A stretch of DNA of 64,000 nucleotides, taken from contig OZ249444.1 in assembly GCA_965235115.1 (NCBI GenBank), forward strand, positions 17,546,001-17,610,000. The letters run 5' to 3'. Positions 53,264-64,000 of this stretch are shown here, piece by piece; within the stretch, counting starts at the first letter, position 1, and each line of letters starts with the position of its first letter. This DNA comes from Laetmonice hystrix (taxonomy: Eukaryota). Under the pieces are notes generated by a model, which had not been told where the DNA came from, searched no databases, and saw nothing but the letters and a program-made list of their open reading frames with translations. The translations under genes were made by a program, and so were the position numbers.

Positions 53264-53362
53264 CTGCTAAAACGCCGAGTTAGGATAGCAGATTTGCTGT
53301 CACACAACCCTTACAATTGGTAAATCACAGTTCTGTTAGGGATAGTACTAGGGATAGGACGA

Positions 53363-53394
53363 GTGGTGTGGGTGTGGGTGTGGGTGTGGGTGTG
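53363..53394 (+). repeat. (GGTGTG)n hexamer microsatellite
   Basis: Directly visible. Confidence 0.88.
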
Positions 53395-54017
53395 AGTGGA
53401 AATAGTCTTGGTCCTGTTTATTATTGTTGAGTAGTATGCATCTGGTGAGCGCAGAGTTGTATGATAAATGCATTGATGTGCGGTCAAATATTTCATGTGC
53501 TCCATTTCCCGAAGGGGGCAGAACGGACAGGGTAATCCATGTTGAACGTTTTCCATTATCGGAGCGGCTTTCCTTCGTTTCTTGCAGAGTCAGGAAGCAA
53601 ACGTTGGATACACACATCAGAAACCGTAGGGATAGATTTCCAGTGTAACGTTGACGTTGGAAACGTGTTGCGCATTAGAAATTGTTGAAACTATGTTAAG
53701 GAGACTATTGAAATATTACTGTAACTGCGGGTGGTATTGCAGATCTGTGCTAATGGTATGTGTTCTTCTTCCCTTGTAGGTGAGTGCTTGTTACCATGGT
53801 TACTGGTGAGGCTGGAGAAGTCTGGGTGAGTGAGAAACTGGGCTCTCAAGGATTCGGGGTCTGACTTGGGCTAATAAAACCACAGAGCCAAGCTTGGATT
53901 GACGAGGAGAAAGGGGTGGAGATCTAGGTAAAATATCCCTCGTGTGTACGGTGACTTGAATGGTGATGAAGAAAAGGGGGATGGAACTGATGGGGCAGTC
54001 ATGGAGTTTCTGGAAGA

Positions 54018-55030
54018 GATGGTGGTCTGGGGAAAAGGACAGTCATTGGCGCAGTAACAGGGATGGTGGTCTGGGGGAAAGGGCAATCATTAAGGCAATA
54101 ACAGGGCTGGTGGTCTGGGGAAAGGGCAATCATTAAGGCAATGACAGGGGTGGTGGTCTGGGGGAAAGGGCAATCATTAAGGCAATGACAGGGATGGTGG
54201 TCTGGGGGAAAGGGCAATCATTAAGGCAATAACAGGGATGGTGGTCTGGGGAAAGGGCAATCATTAAGGCAATGACAGGGATGGTGGTCTGGGTAAAGGG
54301 CAATAATTAAGACAATGACAGGGATGGTGGTCTAGGGGAAAGGGCAATCATTAAGGCAATGACAGGGATGGTGGTCTGGGGGAAAGGGCAATCATTAAGG
54401 CAATAACAGGGGTGGTGGTCTAGGGGAAAGGGCAATCATTAAGACAATGGCAGGGAGGGTGGTCTGGGGGAAAGGGCAATCATTTAGGCAATGACAGGGC
54501 TGGTGGTCTCGGGGAAGGGCAATCATTAAGACAATGGCAGGGATGGTGGTCTCGGGGAAGGGCAATCATTAAGGCAATGACAGGGATGGTGGTCTCGGGG
54601 AAGGGCAATCATTAAGGCAATGACAGGGATGGTGGTCTGGGGCAAGGGCAATCATTAAGACAATGGCAGGGATGGTAGTCTGGGGGAAAGGGCAATCATT
54701 AAGACAATGGCAGGGAGGGTGGTCTGGGGGAAAAGGCAATCATTAAGACAATGGCAGGGATGGTGGTCTGGGGGGAAAGGGCAATCATTAAGACAATGGC
54801 AGGGATGGTGGTCTGGGGGGAAAGGGCAATCATTAAGACAATGGCAGGGATGGTGGTCTGGGGGGAAAGGGCAATCATTAAGACAATGGCAGGGATGGTG
54901 GTCTGGGGGGAAAGGGCAATCATTAGGGCAATCATTAGGGTGGTCTGGGGGGAAAGGGCAATCATTAAGGCAATGGCAGGGAGGGTGGCGTGGGGGAAAG
55001 GGCAATCATTAAGACAATGGCAGGGATGAT
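54018..55030 (+). repeat. 43-45-bp G-rich minisatellite, ~23 copies
   Basis: Unit GGGATGGTGGTCTGG(G)nAAAGGGCAATCATTAAG(G/A)CAATG(A/G)CA; length varies with the G-run. Confidence 0.96.
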
Positions 55031-57784
55031 GGACCGGAGTGTGGTGAGATCATTGACCCTGCGACAGAAAGCTCACATGAATGGACGGGAAATAATACAC
55101 ACAAGTACTACACATTGTTAAAATGATCTTTATAGGTAATGAGAGATTATATACTTCCATATACTATATGTTTCTGATCAGAATTGTGCCAAGGGTAGTT
55201 CAATCTCAGCATAGTATGAAAATATATCCCCTCATTATCATGATGGATCGGGACATTGTTGATTAATAAAATGAAGATTATTGGCGTTTAGGCAGAGTGT
55301 TCAAGCATGTCAGTGAAAAACCACCAAAGACCTAACCGATATCAATCATACTCGACTGGGCTCTCGTTATAAATGTACCGGCAGTTCTCGCATCGTTTGA
55401 CAGTGATTTATCAGACTACTATTTTCTTCCAAACATAACTTAAGACAGACAAACAGTATGTTGGTTTTCAGTTACTCAAGATCATCTCCCCAAATCGGGG
55501 CCGGTCCGAAGTATAATTGTTTGCCCTTCTCACCTTGATCTTTCCTGAAGTCTGAGATATAGATTTCCGTGCGGGCCATCAGTTTACACAGGTCCCGCTA
55601 ACAAGGTAATAGCTCCGCCTCGAAAAAACCGTTCCTGTTTTGAAATTTTAATATTGACTCATACTACCTGAATTGCACCTGTATAAAAACATCACAATCA
55701 TGGCAAGGAACCACGCGAACATGACGTATTACGTTAGGTTGCAATGGCTGAGAAGTTTTTAAATGGTCGGATGGTTTCGTTTGGCTGACACTCTCAGCGT
55801 TCTCCTGGTCTGTCTGTTAAAAAATATCAGCCGAGACAGACACGTGGCTCAAGAGGAAACAAGGCATAGTTACTGCTCATTTAAAATGTTTTGCCAGACA
55901 TAATAGGTACATTACGTTGATAAGTGTATTTTTGGTTGATTTGTCACACTTTGTCTGCGGATCGCGTGTTTCAAGATCACTGGCACACGGCCGGGCAGGG
56001 AGATGGGGGCCGCACCTAATGACTTAAACACGTTCACGCATCAAAGCACCGGGTTGACCAGAGTATTACTGAATTACTAAAAGCCACACTCGTTTTACAT
56101 ACATTGAATGCCATAGAAACAAACTCGACTCCGCAAAAAAAGCCAGTGGCACGTTAATGTCTCTATGGCATTATAATCATACAGAAATATAAAAGTAAAT
56201 TGAACAAATTGGACATTAATTACCCAAGAGTATGACATTTATGACAGAATTACCAAAGTTAAGAACTCCACTTCTGAGCTAATTTCATTGTTAGCTCCGC
56301 AATCAGGAGGTCAACTATTGACACCCAAAAGCCTTTACGGGGTGCAGAAGTGGGACAGGAGGTGGATGGAAGGTGCTGATAGAAACATGCTGAATGCCGA
56401 TTTGACCACACAAGGGTGTGGTCACATCTAAAGGGTAGTTTTATAAATGGTGTTGATTCAACCCTCCCACAGTCCTCCAACACACCAACCTGATCGAATA
56501 GAGCCACAAATGATTAGTGCACACAGGCACCCCACGGGGACGAAATAAGTGAATTAGTCAGGGCTGTTGGCATTACATCACGCTGGCAACATTCATCATA
56601 CTAACCCACACAATTAATGAAGAACAAAAAAAAATCTCTTGTCGACGATTTGTGTGCAGACAAAACGACCTCACATGGAGGTGTTTTCACGTAGTCCCAG
56701 TTGAACTAGTTTGCTTGTTGGAATATTAGTCTGAAATCAGAGGCGTATTTGTATGTCCTGCCGCCAGATTGCTGTGATGCCACAGATTACTTCCAGGGAT
56801 CCCTATCGAGAGTTCAAGGCCGATATTTTTATTAGATCATGACAATATTCAACCGACCTGAATTTGTTGGTGACTGATGATCATGAGAAACCTGATGGGC
56901 AATAGTCGCGGTTTTCCACCAGTATAATGCTCGTGTATCTACAATTCGTATCACTCGCTATGGTTTCCGTGACCATGCTGACCGAAAGGTATATAGCAGT
57001 GGCAGGGTGGAGGTGGGGTAGAGGTTTAAACCCTAATAAGCACGGATTTTACTTTATTTATTGTAGTTTTATTGGGTAGTTGTGGTGTTCTGAACTCAGT
57101 TGACAGGTGCGCGGAGGGCTGTGTTTCATGAGGCGTCGCCTCGTTATCGGCTAGGGGACGTTATTAACCACAAACTGACCACGTGTTACCGATATCGACG
57201 CTTCTTTTACCCTCCTCCAAGTGTGCTCGGTCCGTGTCAGCCGCTGGCTTTGACGGTACCTCAGATCTCTCTCACATTCAGCACTGTAAGGGGTTTAGAC
57301 ACTCAGGCTTGAAACTAGAAGGCTTTGGTGTTCGCTCAGCTGAGGTGACTCAAAGGTCCTGACCAGAAAGAGCTGAGTCGGTATAGACGCCGCCTATGTC
57401 ATCCCGGTGTCTGGTGATGGTGTTACGGAACAGCCATACAGGTTACAAATACCGGGAGGTTTGCTCGATTGGTGCTGTACTGATTCAGTGTAATTGGTGG
57501 TTTTGCATTTTGATGGTAATATCACCGGAGCCCGGGGGAACATGTGATTCCGACGGCGGTTAGTTTTACATCGCCTCTGGCGGGTCTACAGATGTGGAAA
57601 TGGCTTCCAAGGGTCGCGGTAACACTAAGTAGATCTGTAAGAGAAGCTAGTGACAATTACCAATTTTGTTCTCTGTATTTCTGGCTTTCTTTCAATGTGA
57701 GAAACTCCTGTTCAGAGACTGTTGTAGCTGGCAGCATTTGCATGCTGATCTAAAGAGAATGGTCACTCTAGATTGCTCTGAACG

Positions 57785-58673
57785 TAGGATATAATCACTC
57801 CTCGAGTGCCCTGAACCTAGGACAAAATCACTCTATAGAGTGTTCTGAACCTAGGATGAAATCTAGAGTGTTCTGAACCTAGGATGAAATCACTCTACAG
57901 TGTTCTGAACCTAGGACGAAATCACTCTACAGTGTTCTGAACCTAGGATGAAATCAGTCTAGAGTGTTCTGAACCTAGGACAAAATCACTCTACAGTGTT
58001 CTGAACCTAGGACGAAATCACTCTACAGTGTTCTGAACCTAGGATGAAATCACTCTAGAGTGTTCTGAACCTAGGATGAAATCACTCTACAGTGTTCTGA
58101 ACCTAGGACAAAATCACTCTACAGTGTTCTGAACCTAGGACGAAATCACTCTACAGTGTTCTGAACCTAGGATGAAATCAGTCTAGAGTGTTCTGAACCT
58201 AGGACAAAATCACTCTACAGTGTTCTGAACCTAGGACGAAATCACTCTACAGTGTTCTGAACCTAGGATGAAATCACTCTAGAGTGTTCTGAACCTAGGA
58301 CAAAATCACTCTACAGTGTTCTGAACCTAGGACGAAATCACTCTAGAGTGTTCTGAACCTAGGATGAAATCAGTCTAGAGTGTTCTGAACCTAGGATGAA
58401 ATCACTCTAGAGTGTTCTGAACCTAGGATGAAATCAATCTACAGTGTTCTGAACCTAGGACAAAATCACTCTACAGTGTTCTGAACCTAGGATGAAATCG
58501 CTCTAGAGTGTTCTGAACCTAGGACGAAATCACTCTAGAGTGTTCTGAACCTAGGATGAAATCGCTCTAGAGTGTTCTGAATCTAGGATGAAATCAGTCT
58601 AGGAGTGTTCTGAACCTAGGATAAATCACTCTAGTCTAGAGTGTTCTGTACCTAGGATAAAATCACTCTAGAG
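57785..58673 (+). repeat. 32-bp minisatellite, ~27 copies, partial 96-bp higher-order structure
   Basis: Unit AGTGTTCTGAACCTAGGA(TG/CG/CA)AAATCA(C/G)TCTA(C/G). Head-to-tail with no spacers; degenerate at both edges. Confidence 0.96.
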
Positions 58674-59219
58674 TGAAAAGTTAGAGTAGTGATTTAATTT
58701 TATAGTGCACCGCAAAAAGGGGGTTCGTTCAAGCCCCTCGCCCCCCCCTCCCGGCTACAGGTGTAGCCATAGGTATGGTGTATCACCTCTTGTCGTCTTA
58801 CACAGGTTCTAGACGAAAGACTGCTGACCTTGGTGCATTGACTGCGGGGAGCCTGAATAATTGTGCGTGCTTGCATGATGTATGTGTGGTGCTGAAGCCT
58901 GTCTTTGAAGGTCTCATACCAAGAGGATATAAAGGCTATAAATGCGGGGGAGGTAGACGAGCAACCTCCCAGTAGGTACATGATAGGGGACGATCACCTC
59001 TTTGAGGTGGCTCGTATGAATTGACGGCTTTTGTGGCACACCATCGAACTTATTTGAATTTTATAATATATGACAAATTTATATTGATCTCAGTATACTT
59101 TCTCGTTACAATTTAACGTCAGTGTCCCCTACTTCTTATACAGCCATAGTTATTACATTTTATGATGCGAACGGCCGGGCAGACATCGATATCTTGCCCA
59201 ATCCCCTGTTCAATCGTCA

Positions 59220-59380
59220 CAGGGGCGCCGCTGCATATTTCAAAGTGGGGGGGGGGGGACAAACCAGGTGCGTTTGTATCCCCCTTATATCTATAGGCCT
59301 AATTTGGGGGGGGGGGTTGACCTTTTAAGACCGCCACCAAAAGTATGTATGTGTGGGTGGGTGGGTGGGGGCGCCCCCTG
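59220..59380. mobile_element. 161-bp MITE-like element, TIR CAGGGGCGCC
   Basis: CAGGGGCGCC at 59220 and GGCGCCCCCTG ending 59380. CGTCA on both flanks (5-bp match, could be chance or an eroded TSD). Confidence 0.6.
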
Positions 59381-62272
59381 CGTCAACCTGCTGTAAAGCA
59401 GAGGTCTATTTGTAGTAAAGCGTCGGTGTCCTTGTAACCACAGCAACTATGGAGTAATATTACTGAAGGAAATGAGGCGTTCTCTTCAAGAAAAATCTTT
59501 TCAAAGAAATATTTATAAACAAGAACAAAATAGACGATTAATGACTAATCAAGTTCCCCTGGCACACAGAGGGGCTGGGTAGATATAACATGTGACAAAC
59601 ACATGTGGCACACATGTTATTTTCATGTCGGAACGCTTAGATGTCTACCAGGTGGTGAGCGTCAGTCTGGCTGACGTTTGATACGTTTAAATAACAGCCG
59701 CATCATGGCGTTGTCATTACCAGCAGGGGGTGGGGATGTGTGTGTGTGTGGGGGGGGGGGGTATTGGCACGGAAATGATACACTGCATGTGACCTACGTC
59801 ATTGTGAAATGTGTAGCAATATTCAATTGTGTTCACCTGCAGCTATACTACTTCAGGAAATGTGACATCAGGGCAGTTTTTGGCAGTTTTACATAGAATA
59901 AAGTGGTGTTATTGTTAACATTATGCACATGCACGTCAGCTGAAGGTGTCCACACATCATCTCTTTGAGACGGTGGGGCCTTGCCGACTCAAGTCAGGGA
60001 GAGTTGGAGTTGAAAAAGGAAAGAACTATATATTAGTGGCTGTCCTAACATAATGAAGCTCTCCGGGCACTGAGGTCACAGTAATAACCCTAATCATAGT
60101 GCGTTTTGTTGCCAAACTCGCCTTAAACACAGGTGGAAAACAATCAGGTGGAGTACTGGTTTGGATTTGAAAAACACAGCCCCAGTGGCCTTGCTGTGCG
60201 CCCGACCTTTCATCTAGTATAGGGGGCCACTGGGGTGCTTCATCTCTTGTCCGGGCCAGTTGTTTTAATCTGTACAGGGTCTACCTTGTCTCATATACAC
60301 GGGTCTGTTCGGCTGGTATAATTACCCAAACCGCTACAACTCTGCCCCGGCCTCGCCTTCTTCACGGCTCGTCTGTCGTTTCCAGCTTTAGGGAGTTTGT
60401 AGACTGAAGGGAGAGCAAGAATGGTGGCAACTGATGAACCCTGTAAAACTCTAAAACCGGAGTATTACCAGGCCAGACCTTCCCTTGGTATAATGCAGTT
60501 TTCCAACATTCTAGGTAAAGCCGGACAAAGAAACACTGCTGTACACCTGCAGGTTACAAGCAGTTAAGGGAGGGTGCATGCACATCGTTATGGACAACCT
60601 CCCTTTATTTGTTATTACACGTCGTAAATAAGACGCTGAAATATGAAGTGGCGCTGTTGTCTGCCCAGGTGGCATGTTTGAAACAGCACCTGGGATTGGC
60701 CCAGACCCAGGTGAGAGAGGGGGAGAGAAAGCCCATTTTCAAACAATTAATTGCCTCAATCGAAGCTCGATTGCTCGTGAGAGGATAGGCGCCAATCAAT
60801 GCAGCAGTGGGCTGGCAGAGATTGTGACGTGCCTGACGGTGACGTTTAAATCGTGTTAATTAGTGATAGTTGGCAGCAGTAACTGACGTACACCGTATCT
60901 CGGTATCAGCCGCGCGAAATCAGATACATTCGGCCATAGACAATCGATTCAAAGGACGCCCAGTACACATCATAACATCACCGTCCACCGACACCTGTCA
61001 AACGACCTGTCAAGATGTTTCGCCGAGAAGGCTTTAAACAGGCACTTTGACCATGTTTTCCTTCAGGATTTGATTTTAGAGTGTACGGTCTCTGACCATA
61101 ACCAAATAATAATATTTATTTATGAAATTATGAAGAACAAGTGAAGTGTTTGCAGTTGGAAGAAGTTGACCCGTTGATTCTCCTTTAGTAAGGAGCGTTT
61201 AAGTTAAGCAAACGCTCTTTAATGTTTATTTAAAGAGAAAGGAGTGTTTGGTAAGTGTATGCAGCGCCCATCTTTCAACTTATCACATCAAAGCAGGTTC
61301 TGCATATATGATGATTCAGCAAGTGCTTTGTTAAAACCCATCTGTACAAAAAAACATCAGTATGTACGGCATACGCTTAATCTAACAATATTCATGCGCT
61401 GCCAGATATATTTTTTTATGTTGGTGGAGTTTTCCGCCATGAATCATCACCCTGATACTGTAAATCAACACTTGTCACAAAACGTCGTCAAAGTGGCCTT
61501 GGAATAAACTTCAGATGGATGATTGTGCCCCCCCCCCAAAAAAAAGAAACTACCTTAATAATTTCCTGTATTTCTTGCTGTGACCAGAGGATGTAGGTAA
61601 TATGATGACTGACGTTTTGCGCATCTCTTAGTTTCGTTATTGTAGCGATAAGCTAACTGTACGTTATACTCTGTGCTCTGTATTTTGTAGTGAGAACGAT
61701 ATAGCAGTGAGTTAGTTCTTGAAGGGAGTCACAGATCTAAAAGAGGAATCGGTCATAAATCAGGCCGCATAGTTTTTATTGATTTTCCTGACGCAGGTTG
61801 TTTCTGTGGTGGCAGATTTATGTGAAAAGGTTTCGATCTAGCCAGGTGTGGCAGAATGTGACCAGGTGAACACCGGCTAGACACTGGCGTCTACCCGTGC
61901 TCAATGTGCACGTCAGAATCCAGGCTGACCAGGCACTCAGTGACACTCACATTTGGTGCGGAACAGATGAAAACTTAAAGAGAATTAAAATTGAAGGTAA
62001 AGTTAACTTGCAAAGCTGAAGTACTTTTTCTACGAGAAAACATTATGAATGTTCATATTATAAAGACAATATATTATGATAATATTATGATTAGAGCAAA
62101 GTCAGGACATTACCTGTGTAAAGTAGGCCTAGGCCTATATTAGGCTGTGGGCCGGTATTCCTATAGGGAAGATGTATTGTGTGTTTTTGTAGGGGAGATA
62201 GAACTCCACTTGCACGGGCATCAGGCGTAACCTAGTTACTTTCAGAATGTCCGCAAAGAGAAAAGTTGTATA

Positions 62273-62647
62273 GTGCCCTACGCCCGTGTGTGTGTGTGTG
62301 GGGAGGGGGGGGGGGGTAGTAGTTGTAGTAATCCTGGTGCGGTTGGAGTGAAGAAACCAAGTGTTAGCAATGCCCCAGTGAAGGCAAGGTGCGTGAATGA
62401 GGTGCCCTACGACCGTGTGTGTGTTGGTGGGGAGGGGGGGGGGGGGGTAGTAGTTTTAGTAATCATGTTGCGGTTGGAGTGAAGAAACCAAGTGTTAGCA
62501 ATGCCCCAGTGAAGGCAAGGTTCGTGAATGAGGTGCCCTACGCCCGTGTGGGGGGGGGGGGGGTAGTAGTTGTAGTAATCCTGGTGTGGTTGGAGTGACG
62601 AAACCAAGTGTTAGCAATGCCCCACTGAAGGCAAGGTGCGTGAATGA
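62273..62647 (+). repeat. ~130-bp unit triplicated, variable GT and poly-G tracts
   Basis: GTGCCCTACG starts at 62273, 62402 and 62533; shared GTTGGAGTGA.GAAACCAAGTGTTAGCAATGCCCCA.TGAAGGCAAGG. Confidence 0.94.
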
Positions 62648-63402
62648 AGCCACAGTGGATATGAAGAGAGGGAGAGTTGGGGAGGCTTGCCCGGTTGTAA
62701 AGGAAGAATGAGACCTGCTTATTACCGCCCTGCTCAACTGATCCAGTTGGCTCGATGCCCAGGGAACGACTCCTAAAGACTGGCTGGCCTCGGAGCCCAA
62801 ACCTGAGCTCTCAGATCAAAGACATTGCTACAGCCATCACCTTTGGAGCACGCGTTCATTAGTTAAATGTGAACAGGTCATGTGATGACATCGGCCAATT
62901 AGAAGTGGTTAAAGTAATTCTGGACTTGGAATGGGTTTTGGTCTGTTTCTTTAGGCTCGGTTGAACTTTTTTATTTGTATGATTTATGATAACCTTTGGT
63001 TTCACCGGGCTGGTCACACACTCTGGCTGCGTTCCGGGCTAATTTTTAAGGAATGTGGCCTCAAAACAAGAGGTCTTATTTAGTCCGCTAAGCACGTTGT
63101 TAGCGGTAGTTTCTTTTTTCTGCTGACTTGTCTGCATTCAGTGGTTCTCTGACGCAAAGGCATAAACCTTTCATACCAATGTGCTAACAAGACCATAATA
63201 TAGGGGTCCTAAAGCTATGACTGATTCAACCTGCGACAGTATATCGCTTTATACCTGGAGACATCTCGCAAGATGTCACTCAATTACAATGTACAGAGGA
63301 CTGCTTCATCATGTGGGTGCGGTATATCGGTCATTGAAGATTTAGTGTATGGCCAACAGTCCATCATTCAACATACAACATGTGCTACATCGCCCAGTCA
63401 TT

Positions 63403-63664
63403 AGATATAAACCCTGCGGAGTATCTGTCAGTGATGATAAAACATTTGGTATGTCAGAATGGTACACCCTGTGTGATATCAGCCTTCAGCGATACGACCT
63501 GTGAGGTATCAGTTGTGATACGGCCGGTGGAATATCATTTATTTACTGATACGACCTATGGAGTATCATGTATACTACAACATTCGTCATACAGCCCCTG
63601 GAATATCCTACATTCATGATATAGCATATAGGATATCATTCATGATCGAGTCTGTGAAATACCC
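63403..63664. repeat. Array of nine degenerate 22-bp dyad motifs (TGATAC-N10-RTATCA) with 3-18-bp unique spacers
   Basis: Best copies: CGATAC-GACCTGTGAG-GTATCA (63490), TGATAC-GGCCGGTGGA-ATATCA (63516), TGATAC-GACCTATGGA-GTATCA (63547), TGATAT-AGCATATAGG-ATATCA (63617). Confidence 0.75.
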
Positions 63665-63724
63665 CGTCTATCATGATCCACCCTGTTTGTCTTGGTTTAC
63701 AAAGGTGTTACTCCGGGACTTGAC

Positions 63725-63822
63725 CAGCCCTAGCCGGGCGGGGCGGCAGTGGGGGTGGGGTAGGGGCGGACAGCCGGGCGGTGGGTGGAGGGAAGGGTTT
63801 CAGAGGAGGAGACGGTAAGGTT
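63725..63822 (+). promoter_or_regulatory. GC-box cluster with G-quadruplex potential, followed by a donor-like site; candidate promoter/first exon
   Basis: Several GGGCGG boxes and G-runs at 63733-63790, local CpG enrichment, and ACG|GTAAGG near 63816. No transcript evidence. Confidence 0.25.
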
Positions 63823-64000
63823 TAGCACGAGCCGCCGGCCGCCGAGTAATGGCACCGAGCGTGGTGCTGCTTGTCATAGAGACGAAACGACCCGTCCCCG
63901 TCTGATGCTCCCACTGCCGCAATGTCATGCAGGACACACTCGCTGATGTGTTTCCATGACAACAGTCAGCGCTGTCTGTTGGGGTTGTCACATGATGTAG

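Noticed and set aside
54655-55029. Cys/Pro/His-rich repeat ORFs (CPFPPDHHPCHCLND)
   Set aside because: Translation of the locally 45-bp satellite units; the frame breaks wherever the G-run length changes.
56874-56900. CTGATGA-TCATGA-GAAAC, a hammerhead-ribozyme-like core
   Set aside because: No stem III or NUH cleavage site and no stem I pairing could be formed.
57785-58673. 32-bp partly palindromic repeat resembling a CRISPR direct repeat
   Set aside because: Units are head-to-tail with no spacers, the context is eukaryotic, and there are no cas genes.

Overview
Repeat-rich, gene-poor eukaryotic (animal, most likely invertebrate) genomic DNA, intergenic or inside a long intron; not prokaryotic or viral. 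I could not support any intact protein-coding gene, rRNA, true tRNA or CRISPR array. The long ORFs in the track come from tandem repeats or the 273-N gap (22687-22959). The window holds three classes of element. (i) Many heavily decayed non-LTR retrotransposon relics (L1/Tx1-, CR1-, L2-, RTE-like, possibly an RNase H-bearing I-group piece), recognised by eye from broken motifs, so family calls are tentative. (ii) At least six MITE-like elements, two with clear target-site duplications (8-bp hAT type and 7-bp), plus a 27-bp foldback that also has a 7-bp duplication. (iii) About ten minisatellites and several microsatellites, two with higher-order structure. The most unusual unexplained signals are an array of nine 22-bp dyad motifs with variable spacers at 63.4-63.7 kb next to a GC-box cluster, and two plus-strand polypyrimidine-AG|GTRAG junctions resembling recursive splice sites. 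All motif calls are manual and need Dfam/RepeatMasker, RNA-seq and comparative checks.
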